A stretch of 64,000 bases of DNA from Octopus vulgaris (taxonomy: Eukaryota), in contig OX597828.1 of the NCBI GenBank assembly GCA_951406725.2, positions 14,694,001-14,758,000 of the forward strand, in the 5' to 3' direction. The notes beneath the pieces were generated by a model that saw only the letters and a program-made list of their open reading frames with translations, searched no databases and was not told where the DNA came from. Shown here in pieces: positions 1 through 13,030 of the stretch (positions within the stretch are counted from its first letter, which is position 1; each line of letters starts with the position of its first letter). Both the position numbers and the translations under genes were made by a program.

Positions 1-411
1 TATGCTAATAATAACTGAACAGAATGTTTTTATTCATGTTTTACAAGATGTACCTAATTCGTTTTGAAGACAGGAAACTCATGATATCCTGAGGCATCAA
101 CCCATGATATCCTGAAGCATCTTATAACAATAATAGGAGTTAGTGCACTCATCCATTCTCACACAGCATTTGCTAACATTGAACATTTTTATGCAGGTTT
201 TCTAAGATGTACTTAAACCATTTCTTTGTGTAAGAAAGAGAATTGTTCATATATTTTTTCAAACTCTTTTACTCTTTTACTTGTTTCAGTCATTTGACTG
301 CGGCCATGCAGTCAAATCGACCCCAGGACTTATTCTTTGGAAGCCTAGTACTTATTCTAGTACTTATCACAGGCATACAAACACACACACATATACTACG
401 CCAACTCTGTA

Positions 412-1548
412 ATGGGATACTTAGAAGAACAACTCTACCAAGAGGTGGAGGTAAACTATGGCACTGGATTTAGAAAGTATATTGAAAGGGCATGGAAGAG
501 ATACCTAGACGACTGTTTCATAATCTGGACAGAATCTCTAAATACTCTGGAAGAGTTCAATATCCTCCTGAACAACCTACACCCATCTCTCAAATTTACA
601 AAGGAGATGAGTAGTACCAAATTACCATTCCTGGATATAATGGTAATTAAAAAAGACACCACCATCACCACAGATATATACTATAAACACACAGACACAC
701 ATCAATACCTAAATTTTAAGTCGTGCCATCCACCACATACAAAACGTAACATCCCATACTGCCTAGCCAGAAGAATTTGTACTATTGTAGAAGATGCAAA
801 TATCAGGAACAAACGCCTAATAGAACTAAGAGAATTTTTGCTCAAACAAAAATACCCATCTCTACTTATAGAAAATGGCATACAGCGGGCTATAAAAATA
901 CCTATACAACAACTTAGGACAACCCAAGGAAGAGGAAAACAAGAACAAGTCATACCATTCATAGTGACACACAACCCATGTCACCAGAATATCTTCAACA
1001 TTGCCAAAGCAAACCTACCAATCATTGCCCAAAGTAATGAATTAAAAGACATAATCAAGGATCGAGCTATGGTGCTTAGTAAAAGACAGCCTAAAAACTT
1101 GAAAACATTACTAACAAAGGCAAAATTTGACCTCAGCAACAAAGACCAAACATTCACGGTATCTAAATGCAATGATAGCCGATGTGGCACATGCCAATTC
1201 ATACATACCGGTCAATATATAAACACAAAAACCGGGAAAATATTCACAAACGCGAATATGAACTGCAAAAGCAGAAATTTAATTTACTGCATCAAATGCC
1301 CAAATTGTGAAGAAATATATGTAGGTCAGACGGGAAACGCACTATTAGAACGCTCACGTGTACACCGGCAACAGATTAGAGACCCAGAGGTCCGTCAGAT
1401 ACCTTTGAGTAACCACCTAGCAACATGTGGTCGGAAAATATATATAATATTTCCATTCTACAAATTACACAGCCCAAGTGAAATCGAGAGGAAAATCAGA
1501 GAAAAGAATTTTATTGATAAATTCGAACCCAAGCTAAATAAGCAATAA
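412..1548 (+). CDS. Penelope RT (C-terminal part) + Cys-rich linker + GIY-YIG endonuclease; uninterrupted but N-terminally truncated
   Basis: RYLDDCFIIW (YxDD), LPFLD, IYYKHTDTHQYLNFKSCHP thumb, CNDSRCGTC linker, NLIYCIKCPNCEEIYVGQT...R..H GIY-YIG motif, terminal PKLN. Confidence 0.92.
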   Translation: MGYLEEQLYQEVEVNYGTGFRKYIERAWKRYLDDCFIIWTESLNTLEEFNILLNNLHPSLKFTKEMSSTKLPFLDIMVIKKDTTITTDIYYKHTDTHQYLNFKSCHPPHTKRNIPYCLARRICTIVEDANIRNKRLIELREFLLKQKYPSLLIENGIQRAIKIPIQQLRTTQGRGKQEQVIPFIVTHNPCHQNIFNIAKANLPIIAQSNELKDIIKDRAMVLSKRQPKNLKTLLTKAKFDLSNKDQTFTVSKCNDSRCGTCQFIHTGQYINTKTGKIFTNANMNCKSRNLIYCIKCPNCEEIYVGQTGNALLERSRVHRQQIRDPEVRQIPLSNHLATCGRKIYIIFPFYKLHSPSEIERKIREKNFIDKFEPKLNKQ

Positions 1549-1863
1549 TAATAATACTTAGAGGTATTACTTCCACTGCTACGACCATGACCACTAACAA
1601 CAACAACAATACTAAAGGTGATCAAGACGAAGATAGCAGGAAAATTATCTTATTTAGGGTTAAAAGTTCTATTGCCACCACCATCACCACTAGCAACAAT
1701 AATTAAGGTGCTGACAATGATGATGATGACAATTGAAATATAAAAATATAAAAATCTCTGACAAAGGATATTTACAACATTTCTAAAAATAACCCAACAA
1801 TTGCTGCTTCGGCCAGGGTCAAGATACAGGACTCTTGACCTGTCCAACAAAGCGTGATGCCTA

Positions 1864-1980
1864 AACCAATCAGCTCAACCAACCAATCAGCTTAAGTAAT
1901 TGAGTGATACTACACACTGATTGGTCAGAATACAGTTTGCAAAACCTAGCACTCTGGAGCCTACCCAGCTGTATTTATAG
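1864..1980 (+). promoter_or_regulatory. Putative pLTR promoter (CCAAT boxes + TATA-like)
   Basis: Two ACCAATCAG, an inverted ATTGG near 1920, and TATTTATA near 1972, all upstream of the ribozyme. AATAAA lies near 2177. Confidence 0.45.
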
Positions 1981-2042
1981 CACAGAATCACTCATCTTGC
2001 TACAGTCAAAAATTGTGAAGCATGACTGTCAACACTACTACA

Positions 2043-2087
2043 TGAACCCGAAGATTGCAGAATTCAATGCATGAAAGTACTAGTTCA
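2043..2087 (+). ncRNA. Minimal type I hammerhead ribozyme in the Penelope pLTR
   Basis: Stem I TGAAC/GTTCA; core CCGAAGA (U4C variant of CUGANGA); stem II TGCA..TGCA; GAAA; palindromic stem III AGTACT; UH = TA. Confidence 0.75.
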
Positions 2088-2302
2088 ATCAGAATGAATA
2101 TTTAACATTCTACTATTTCATTTTATTTTATTCAATTATAATATATTATCTTATAATATATCATTATAAGATTGTAAATAAAACGTGAAAATCAGACAAG
2201 GTTGGAATTCTTTTTATTAATATATTCTTCTATACACAATCACACACACCCATATATATATATATCTATATATATATATATATACATACATACGTACATA
2301 CA

Positions 2303-2365
<63 letters not shown>

Positions 2366-2511
2366 GACTGGCTTCTTTCAGTTTCCGTCTACCAAATCCA
2401 CTCACAAGGCTTTGGTCGGCCCGAGGCTATAGCAGAAGGTGCCACGCAGTGGGACTGAACCCGGAACCATATGGTTGGTAAGCAAGCTACTTACCACACA
2501 GCCACTCTAAC

Positions 2512-3777
2512 CACAGGGTCGACTAAAAAGTTCATAGGCTGACCAAGATACTCTCATGAAATGTGGCCAAACGAGGTTTTACTTTTCAACATAGTCCCCT
2601 TTGCAGTTCATACACTTCTTCCATCGGTGTCGCAGCGCTTGGATCTCATTCGCGCGGATCAAAATGATCAACAAAAGATAGGACGTCATCATCACTGCGA
2701 CACTGGTTCCCAGCCAACTGCTTTTTCATGTTGGGAAACAGATGATGGTCATATGAGGCCAAATCAGGAGAATAGGGATGATGATCAACCTGTTCAAAGA
2801 CATTGAAACCAAGAGCTTGTGTGCCGGAGCATTGTTCTGATGAAAGAAGACACCTTTCATCAGTTTTCCCGGGCTTTTTGGTCTTGACGGCCTTTTATAA
2901 CTATTTCAACGTGTTGACATAGAAGCCTCCATTGATGGTGTGGTCTTTGTGAAAATGCTCGATGCACACAATGCCTTTTGCATCCCCCAAAACTGAGGCC
3001 ATCATCTTCCCTGCAGAGGAAACAACATTGACCGTCTTTGCAGCAAGTGAAGAGAGGTGTTTCCACTGCATGGATTATCTCTTTGTCTCTGGCTCGAAGT
3101 GATGAACCCCAACACTCATCCTCACTTAGGAAACGTTCAAGAAAACCAGCTGGATCTGCTTCAAACAATGTCACACTTTCCCGTGATGTGATCAGCCTGG
3201 TGCGCTTTTGGCTAGGTGTCGGAAGACGTGGCACGCAACGAGCAATAAACCTTCCTCATGCAAAGTTCATTATGCAGGATATTCTCGACTTTCTCATGGG
3301 ATATGTGTGCTATTAGCACTGGCTATTTGATTTATTGATTTATCGTCAATTGCCTGTCATCCATCACTATGTGATAAACACGATCAATGTTTTTCTCGTT
3401 GGTGACAATTTTAGGACGTCCAGACTTTGGCTAATCTTCAAAACACTCCCTTCCTCTCATACATTCAGCTGTCTACTTCTGAACTGCTGCTAAAGCTGGA
3501 GCGTCAACCCCTAATGTAGCAACCATGTCAGTATAAATAATCTTCGGGGTTAGACCCTTTTCTGCAGGGACTTGACAACACCACGATGTAAAATTTTGTC
3601 CATTTTCAAGAGAAGTCGGTACAAGTTACTTTCGAAGTGTTCTATGAATACTCAGATATCAGTTTACCTGGAAAGAGACAATGAGTTATTAATAAGAAGT
3701 ATTGAAATGAATGCAAGATTTCACTGTTCTAACATCATTCCTTCATAGTCAGCCTATGAAATTTGAGCCCACCTTCA
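2512..3777 (-). mobile_element. Decayed mariner (Tc1/mariner) transposon
   Basis: Imperfect TIRs (AAGTTCATAGGCTGAC / GTCAGCCTATGAAAT). Frameshifted minus-strand peptide with CVPRL, DECW-VHHFEPETKR*SMQWKH, SAGKMMAS, GDAKGIV and FHQNNAPAH. Confidence 0.88.
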
Positions 3778-3979
3778 TATCTGGAGTAAATATACCCGTT
3801 CTGTCCAGGGACGAAGGGAAGATGCCCGATGGGGGCTATCCTTTTTTTTTTCTTTTTTTTTTTTTAGTGGGGAGAAGGCTAGAGGTTGTTACCTCAACTG
3901 GGACACTGCTATTAATCGACAGCTTCGTTCCATCACACACCCTAATGCTACTGCGCTAACCGAACAGAATAAGATCAAA

Positions 3980-4390
3980 GGCGGCGAGCTGGCAGAAACG
4001 TTAGCACGCCGGGCGAAATGCTTAGCGGTATTTCGTCTGCCGTTACGTTCTGAGTTCAAATTCCGCCGAGGTCGACTTTGCTTTTCATCCCTTCGGGGTC
4101 GATTAAATAAGTACCAGTTACGCATTGGAGGTCGATATAATCGACTTAATCCGTTTGTCTGTCCTTGTTTGTCCTCTCTGTGTTTAGCCCCTTGTGGGTA
4201 GTAAAGAAATTGATATTTCGTGTGTCTTTACGTTCTGAGTTCAAATTCCGTCGAGGTCGACTTTGCCTTTCATCCTTTTGGCGTCAATAAATTAAGTACC
4301 AGTTGCGTACTGGAGTCGATCTAATCGACTTAATGTCCTTGTTTGTCCCCTCTATGTCTAGCCCCTTGTGGGCAATAAAGAAATAAGAAT
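3980..4390 (+). mobile_element. tRNA-derived SINE (Meta/Sauria-like core), head-to-tail dimer
   Basis: GGCGGCGAGCTGGCAGAAACG head, B-box GAGTTCAAATTC, core GCCTTTCATCC..GGGGTCGAT..AAGTACCAG. The second unit restarts internally near 4210. Confidence 0.85.
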
Positions 4391-4504
4391 AAGATTCTGA
4401 AATATAATTTGCTGTTGCATTATGTTTTTCAACGTGCGTGAGTATATGCATGCGCGCGCACGTGAGTGAGTGTGCCAGCATGCAAATGCATAAATTCACA
4501 TGTG

Positions 4505-4826
4505 AAGGCGAGTGGATTAGTAGTTAGGGTATTCAGCTCACGATTGTAACGTTGTGAGTTGGATTCCCGGTGGTGTGTTGTGTCCTTAAGCAAAACACTT
4601 CATTTCACGTTGCTCCAGTCCACTCAACTGGCAAAAATGAGTTGTACCTGTAGTTTAAAGGGCCGGCCTTGTCACATTTGATGTGTTACGCTGAATCTCC
4701 CAGAGAACCACGATAAGGGTACGTATGTCTGTGGAGTGCTCAGCCACGTGCACGTTAATTTCATGAGCAGGCTGTTTCGTTGATCGGCTGAACTGGAACC
4801 TTCGTCGTAACCAACGGAGTGCCAGT
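4505..4826 (+). mobile_element. Older tRNA-derived SINE, same family as 6776-7161
   Basis: tRNA-like head; 3' part matches the reverse complement of 6783-6960. Confidence 0.75.
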
Positions 4827-4887
4827 TGAATTAAACATACTAATATACACATATAAGTATGTATATATACATGTATATGCATATAGA

Positions 4888-5297
<410 letters not shown>

Positions 5298-5490
5298 TGC
5301 GTATACATGCATGCATAAGTGTCCTAGTCTAATCGATGCACACTGTTGCTTATAAGATAAGATTGACGCATTGCTCTACATTATTCATCCTGTCGGTTTT
5401 ATTTTGAAAGCATCCATTCGAAACATGAAGATATAAATGATTTAAATGACAAGCTTGAGCGTTTGCCTCCATTTTCAATTTTTCATATAC

Positions 5491-5542
<52 letters not shown>

Positions 5543-6287
5543 CGGGAGAAATTGATTAGTAAATAATATTATGAAATGTCGGAGTCAACAGTTGTAACGA
5601 TAAAAAATTGTTGTTATAATTGCATACTGTAGGATGTGAAAGATGATCAATGCATGAAGTTTTAAGGAAATATTCATTTACCGTCACGTTACAATACCTT
5701 GCCTTGACGGGCAGGTTATGATAAATCCAAAAGCATGCGAAAGAAAGTTAGATGTGGTAGAATTTTTTGCATAGTTTGGCGTACACAAATTGTTAGTAGT
5801 AGTAATCCACAGACAGCGATAGAATGATGTTGTAAGAGAACAGAATTAGAGCTAGTGAGAGTTGTAGGGTGTTGTCTCACAGTTGCTGACAGTAAACTTC
5901 ATTTCTCCCCCTGACCAAGGTTCTAGCTGGTCAGCCAGACTTCGTTGTCACTATAGTGACTAACTGGTTAAGTTGTCACCGACTGTGACTAACTCATTTT
6001 TGCTTGGGATATTCTTGCTTTTATAACTATCCAGAAGGATAGACATATGATTGGGAACAATAGATTTAGTTGGTGGTCTTGTTATCTCTATTCTAGCTTT
6101 TGGTGAAGTAGAAGAGGTTAGAAAGGGTCAAGTGGTGAAGACATTATTTCGGCCTAGCTAAAGGCATCTGGAAAATGTAAAACTGATGTCAGAGAAAAAC
6201 CATTGTTCCACCGTGGGAAAAGTTCTGTTGCAGTATTAATTTAAATTTGGCTATGGTGGATCGAATCCACTTCATGCTTGCAAGATC

Positions 6288-6356
<69 letters not shown>

Positions 6357-6775
6357 AAAGAAGCAGTATTAGATTAAAATAGTGATCGATCTGTGAATCA
6401 TACTTATTGTAAATACATCACGAAAAGCCAAATTTACCTTCTACCAGAACCCAGCAAATAACCCCACCACTTTTCCAATACTATTTCCTGTTATCTCAAC
6501 ATATTGTTATAAACTTTCTCTGTATATTGCAATTTATTTTCTTTTGTTTTATATTTTATGCTTCGTTTTCTTCTCCTTCCCATCCTTCCATATTGCTATA
6601 TATATATATATATATATATCCCACTCTCGCCCCCCCCCAAAAAAAGAACCTGCTCGTTAAATCCGAAATCCGTTACCTTGAGGCTTGTTAAACCGAGAGC
6701 TAAATACATACACGCATACACAGCAGAATTTATCAAACATTATGTGACGTACTAAGAGGTAAAGCAAACTTCAAT

Positions 6776-7161
6776 GGATGGGAGCACTCCGTCGGTTACG
6801 ACGACGAGGGTTCCGGTTGATCCGAATCAACGGAACAGCCTGCTCGTGAAATTAACGTGTAAGTGGCTGAGCACTCCACAGACACGTGTACCCTTAACGT
6901 AGTTCTCGGGGATATTCAGCGTGACACAGAGAGTGACAAGGCCGGCCCTTTGAAATACAGGTACAACAGAAACAGGAAGTAAGAGTGAGAGAAAGTTGTG
7001 GTGAAAGAGTACAGCAGGGATCACCACCATCCCCTGCCGGAGCCTCGTGGAGCTTTAGGTGTTTTCGCTCAATAAACACTCACAACGCCCGGTCTGGGAA
7101 TCGAAACCGCGATCCTATGACCGCGAGGCCGCTGCCCTAACCACTGGGCCATTGCGCCTCC
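6776..7161 (-). mobile_element. Young full-length tRNA-derived SINE with 15-bp TSD
   Basis: TSD AAAGCAAACTTCAAT at 6761-6775 and 7162-7176; head GGAGGCGCAATGGCCCAGTGGTTAGGGCAG; B-box GGTTTCGATTCC. Confidence 0.92.
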
Positions 7162-7895
7162 AAAGCAAACTTCAATAGATCATGCAAGAAAGCAATTACG
7201 AAATAAAAAGGTCGTTTTAGTTATCAAGTAATAGAATTTGTGGCTGCCAGTAAAGTTTGGAGTTTATAGAATTACAAATGTGATCGTTAACCTCTGTAGG
7301 AATTTGGGTATAAGAAAGACAGTGTGTGTACATGAGTGCGATAGAGGGAAAGAGTGTGCGTGTAAGTGAGAAAGAGAGAGAAGGAAGGAGTGTGAAAGGT
7401 AACATAATGTACGTGTGTCTATGTATGCATGAGATAAGATCAGATATTACTGTCATCATAATGTGTTACATTAGTTGGAAATGCAATCGTTTTTCTATTA
7501 ACATTTTCTTAACAAACTACGTCGTGCAATTTCTTCCTCGCAAAATGATATAACTGCTGACAGACATCTGTTTTCAGACATTTGAGCTTTCGTAATCTAT
7601 TTTCCTTATATGACAATCAAATCGACAAAATGAGACAGCGAGGGAAGTTTCTACGTAGTTGTTCAGCTTGCTAGAGACAGCAGCCAAACTTCTATCAGGT
7701 AACCCACCGCCTGAAGAAAAAAATAAATAAATAAATAAATAAAAGAACAAAAGGATACATTAAATCAGTAATTTTCTATGTCCCAAACCCCTAGAAAATT
7801 ACCTTCTACAGTAAGTGAAATAAACATCAGAGCTGCTTTTTCCCTGCGCAGTAATTTCAGGAGCTTTTCTGAATTCATTGCAATGTCGGGAACTA

Positions 7896-7952
7896 CAGTG
7901 ATCCCTCGCTACTTCGCGGTTCAACTATCGCGGATTCACGACTTCGCTGATC

Positions 7953-7991
<39 letters not shown>

Positions 7992-8406
7992 CGCATAAAA
8001 TTTTTCATTAAATCCATTAAAATATTGATAATAAATATTTCCTAGTGTAGGAACAACAAAACAAGTGTAAAATAGCAAAAAAGCATATACAGGGGTATTT
8101 CAACTTAAGACGGGCTGTGATTGGTGCAATGAAGAGAGACGGCGAATCACAGCTTTCTATTTTGTAACCTGGCCTGTGTAACAGTAAGTCTTTATTTTTT
8201 TTCAAATCTAAAGTGTTAGATTTTTAAATTTAAAGTGTTATTAATAAACTACTGTAATGGGTGGGTTGTTAACAGTACAGGGATGGGTTTAAAAGTCCAA
8301 ATACACGTTAAATAAATGCTGTAAATATAGTGTCCCTACTTCACGGAAATTCAGTTATCGCGGCCGGTCTCGGAACCGATCTACCGCGATAAACGAGGGA
8401 TCACTG
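7896..8406. mobile_element. pogo/Tigger-like MITE
   Basis: TIRs CAGTGATCCCTCG / CGAGGGATCACTG with TA on both sides. Confidence 0.9.
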
Positions 8407-8860
8407 TATTCCGTTTCATCAGCTGGTATCTCAGAGTCACAGCGTTTCGCTCCCTAGCTTGTAAGATTTACCTGATTGGAGCAGCGAGGACTGAATTAGT
8501 CTTCTCTTATGGAAATATTCCACCTGCGGTCTTTCGTCAACCATAGCCACCTTGAGCTGGTTTTAGTTTTTATGTCTTCCCCACCTTTCTTACTCAACCT
8601 GTATGGGAAGGGTTTTCCTTAGATCAGTAGATAAGCATTTTACGCCCATGGCTGTAGGAGATTATTCAATAACCTTATCGTAAAGATCTCGTTCAGCTGT
8701 GTACCTAGTATCAAAACAATACTAGTGAACGCCCCAAAGCCTCATGCAGAGTCAAGATGCTCGAGGGGTTAACAGTGACTACCCAATGAATGATCATTAT
8801 TGACAATTGTCTACGAAGCAGATGTGCTGTTGTATGTATGTATATATATATATATATATA

Positions 8861-9078
8861 TAATAAATATTAGGGAATGAATCCAAAATTACAGGGAAAA
8901 ATCAGATTTAGGGTTAAATCCAATTTTATAGTAAAATATTATATAATATAATTCGAGACAAAACCACTATTTTAAAATCAAACAAGGAAAGACTTAATCA
9001 ATACATAAAATTTTAATATAAATTAAATAAACCGCCACTACAATTGTTTGATTTTAAAATAGTGGTTTTGTCTCGAAT

Positions 9079-9088
<10 letters not shown>
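8861..9088. mobile_element. Fold-back mini-element in (TA)n, same family as 49811-50074
   Basis: Perfect 45-bp inverted repeat (8941-8985 / 9044-9088); both of its segments recur at 49811-50074. Confidence 0.75.
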
Positions 9089-9126
<38 letters not shown>

Positions 9127-9477
9127 CCATGATCTAGAGGCAGAGGAAAAGTCACTGACGGCGGCGCCCCATATTAAGCATCTGGTTCTAGATCTGTGGT
9201 GTCTTCATCCCTGGAGATGCAACGTAGCTTTCCAGGGAATGCAAACATTTATTGCGGTAACAAGGTACAGAAAAAAGTTGGAGATCACAGATCTTAACCA
9301 AACTATTTTGAATCAAACATTAACTTCCTTGAACTCACGCTATATTTCATAATTTTAAGCCCAACCTGTATTCATTCTGCTTCATATTTCATATTTTATA
9401 AGCTTACTAGAATTCCTGTTATATTTAAGATAATTTTACCAAGACGTGTATTCGTTCAAATGAAATTAAATATTCTT

Positions 9478-10723
9478 TTCTACTCTAGATACAAGGCCCA
9501 AAATTTTGGGTGAGGGGCTAGTCGATTAGATCGACCCCAGTATGCAACTGGTACTTAATTTATCGACCCCGAAAGGATAAAAGGCAAAGTCGATCTCGGC
9601 GGAATTTGACCTCAGAACATAAAGGCAGACGAAATACTGCTAAGCATTTCGCCCGGTGTGCTAACGTTTCTTATTTCTTTACTGCCCACAAGGGGCTACA
9701 CACAGAGGGGACAAACAAACGGACTAAATCGATTACATCGACCTCAGTGCGTAACTGGTACTTAATTTAACGACTCCGAAAGGATGAAAGGCAAAGTCGA
9801 CCTCGGCGGAATTTGACCTCAGAACATAAAGGCAGACGAAATACTGCTAAGCATTTCGCCCGGCGTGCTAACGTTTCTTATTTCTTTACTGCCCACAAGG
9901 GGCTACACACAGAGGGGACAAACAAACGGACTAAATCGATTACATCGACCTCAGTGCGTAACTGGTACTTAATTTAACGACTCCGAAAGGATGAAAGGCA
10001 AAGTCGACCTCGGCGGAATTTGACCTCAGAACATAAAGGCAGACGAAATACTGCTAAGCATTTCGCCCGGCGTGCTAACGTTTCTTATTTCTTTACTGCC
10101 CACAAGGGGCTACACACAGAGGGGACAAACAAACGGACTAAATCGATTACATCGACCTCAGTGCGTAACTGGTACTTAATTTAACGACTCCGAAAGGATG
10201 AAAGGCAAAGTCGATCTCGGCGGAATTTGACCTCAGAACATAAAGGCAGACGAAATACTGCTAAGCATTTCGCCCGGCGTGCTAACGTTTCTTATTTCTT
10301 TACTGCCCACAAGGGGCTACACACAGAGGGGACAAACAAACGGATTAAGTCGATTACATCGACCTCAGTGCGTAACTGGTACTTAATTTATCGACTCCGA
10401 AAGGATGAAAGGCAAAGTCGACCTCGGCGGAATTTGACCTCAGAACATAAAGGCAGACGAAATACTGCTAAGCATTTCACCCGGCGTGCTAATGTTTCTT
10501 ATTTCTTTACTGCCCACAAGGGGCTACATACAGAGGGGACAAACAAACGGATTAAGTCGATTACATCGACCTCAGTGCGTAACTGGTACTTAATTTATCG
10601 ACTCCGAAAGGATGAAAGGCAAAGTCGACCTCGACGGAATTTGACTTCAGAACGTAAAGACAGACGAAATACTGCTAAGCATTTCGCCCGGCGTGCTAAC
10701 GTTTCTGCCAGCTCGCCGCCTTA
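9478..10723 (-). repeat. Tandem array of a Meta-core SINE, 207-bp period, ~6 units
   Basis: GGAATTTGAC recurs at 9601, 9808, 10015, 10222, 10429 and 10636; a single complete head lies at ~10723. Confidence 0.95.
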
Positions 10724-11574
10724 TGAAATTAAACATTAAATTCTTCCCTTACTTTTGAGAATAACTTCTAAACTACGTAATCTACTCAATGAGAACGACA
10801 AGGAAAGTTAAATGTCAGAGCAATGTAATAAATACCTCATCATTTCACTCTCTATTTGGGATTTGGCAGCTTTCTTCTCCAACACTTATTTCATTAGTGT
10901 TGATAACGAACAAACACATAAGTTAATTATTATACGAGAGATTATATTCATTCTAGCTAACACAGACAAACAGTAATTCCCTTGAACTTTATTTTCATTT
11001 CACATTTTAAAGTTAATACTGACTGCATTCACTTTTGTTGCCGCAGACAAACGCCTATCTATCTGTCAGAGTCTCCTGCTCTGAATGTTTTTGTGTTTAT
11101 GTTAGTTCAGGGTATTGTTTAGATAACAGCACGTTGTTGTAGTATTGCTGAATGTCTCCAGCTGCCATATTTGGAGTGGAATACTTTTTACAACAAATAT
11201 AATAAAAACTATTGGGTAAAATACACGGACAAGGAGTTACTATGGCAACTAGATTCATCTCTTATCTTTGAGAGAATACAGGTTTCACCATTTTCGCTAT
11301 CTTTATGAGACCAATAGACCATGTTTTGTGCTTTATATACACTAAGTTTAGAATTAATTTTAATGAGGGAGCTTTTTTTACGTAGTTGCTCGAAATGCTA
11401 AAAATAGCAGGCAAATTTCTATTTTCTAGCAGGTCATTTGACCTGCTAGAAATAGATTTCTCTGCTGTGAGGAAGAGGAAAGATATGACGATTTAGGCAG
11501 GGCCTTACACATAACACACGTACATAGATATACAAACACATACCTAGACGTACAGACATACACATACATATAAA

Positions 11575-13030
11575 TAGGTGCAGGTGTGGTTGTGTGGTAA
11601 GAAGCTTGCTTTCAAACTACAAGGTTCTGGGTTCAGTCCCACTGCGTGGCACCTTGGGAAAGTGTCTTCTATTATAGTCTTGGGCCAACCAAAGCCTTGT
11701 GAGTAGATTTGGTAGACGGAATCTGGAAGAATCCCGTCGCATACATCTGTTTCCTACAACCAAATTCACTCACAAGGGCCTGGAGCTATACTCTTACTTG
11801 TTTCAGTCATTTGACTGTGGCCATGCTGGAGCAACGCTTTGTAGTCGAGCAAATCAACCCCAGGATTTATTCTTTGTAAGCCTAGTACTTACTCTATCAC
11901 TCTCTTTTGCCGAACCGCTAAGTTACACATCAGCATCGGTTGTCAAGCGATGCTGGGGGGGGGGGGACACAGACATTCAAACATATATACATATATATGA
12001 CGGGCTTCTTTCAGTTTCCGTCTACCAAATCCACTCACAAGGCTTTGGTCGGCCCGAGGCTATAATAGAAGACACTTGCCCAAGGTGCCACGCAGTGGAA
12101 CTGAACCCGGAACCATGCGGTTGTAAGCAAGCTACTTAACCACACAGCCACTCCTATACCTATAGTACAAGACATTTGATAATAATGGTTTCAAATATTG
12201 GCACAAAGCCAGTAATTTCAGAGGAAGGGATAAGTTGATTACAGACTCGCAGTCATAGGATCGCGGTTTCGATTCCCAGACCTGGCATTGTGTTTATTGA
12301 GCGAAAACACAAAGTTCCACAGTGCCCCAGCCGGGGGTGGTGGCAGACCCTGCTGTACTCTTTCACCACAACTTCCTCTCACTCTTTTTTCCTGTTTCTC
12401 TTGTACTTGTATTTCAAAGGGTCAACCTTGTCACACTCTGTGTCATGCTGAATCTTCCCTGAGAACTACATTAATAGTCCACGTGTCTGTGGGGTGCTCA
12501 GCCACTTGCACGTTAATTTCATGAGCAGGCTGTTTCGTTGATCTGATCAACTGGAACCCTTGTCGTCATAACCAACAGAGTGCCACGACCCCAAAGCATA
12601 TCTGGTATTTATTTTATCAACCCAGAAAGGATGAAAAGCAAAGCTGACCTTGGTAGAAATTGAACTTGGAACATAAGGACGGATGAAATACCGCTAAGCA
12701 TTTCGCTCAGCATGCTGGCAATTCTGCCAGCTTGCTGCCTTGCTCTATAATGATAATATTAAAAACAATAATAATTATTTTTTCCTACTTTTGGCACAAA
12801 GATGAAAGAAAGTTGACCTCAGTGGAATTCGAACACAGATACTGAAGCATTTTGTCCAGCTTGCCACCTTCAACAAGAATAATAATAATCTCTAAATTTG
12901 GTACATAGATGAAAGGCAAAGTTGACCTCAGCAGAATTCAAACTCAGCAATTAATTAAAGAACTGGAAGAAACAATGTTAAGTGTTTTGTCTGACGCTCT
13001 AAACAATTCTGCCAGCTTGCTGCCTTCAAC
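11575..13030. mobile_element. Cluster of nested SINEs of three families
   Basis: CORE-like SINE heads at 11575-11735 (+) and 11790-12152 (-); tRNA-SINE 12245-12586 (+) nested in a Meta-core SINE; degenerate copies up to 13030. Confidence 0.8.

Larger units (their letters stand above)
397..2225 (+). mobile_element. Penelope-like retroelement (Neptune-type), 5'-truncated, inserted into the (CA)/(TA) tract of a SINE
   Basis: Begins mid-RT (YANSVMGYLEE) right after ACACATATAC. ORF is followed by a ~650-bp pLTR-like tail and then (TA)n. The two halves of one minus-strand SINE flank it (267-395 and 2365-2506). Confidence 0.9.

Noticed and set aside
7085-7161. tRNA-like sequence, also seen at other SINE heads
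   Set aside because: Continuous with the SINE body and bounded by a TSD; not a tRNA gene
10227-10739. 170-aa repetitive ORF
   Set aside because: Antisense reading of the 207-bp (69-codon) SINE tandem
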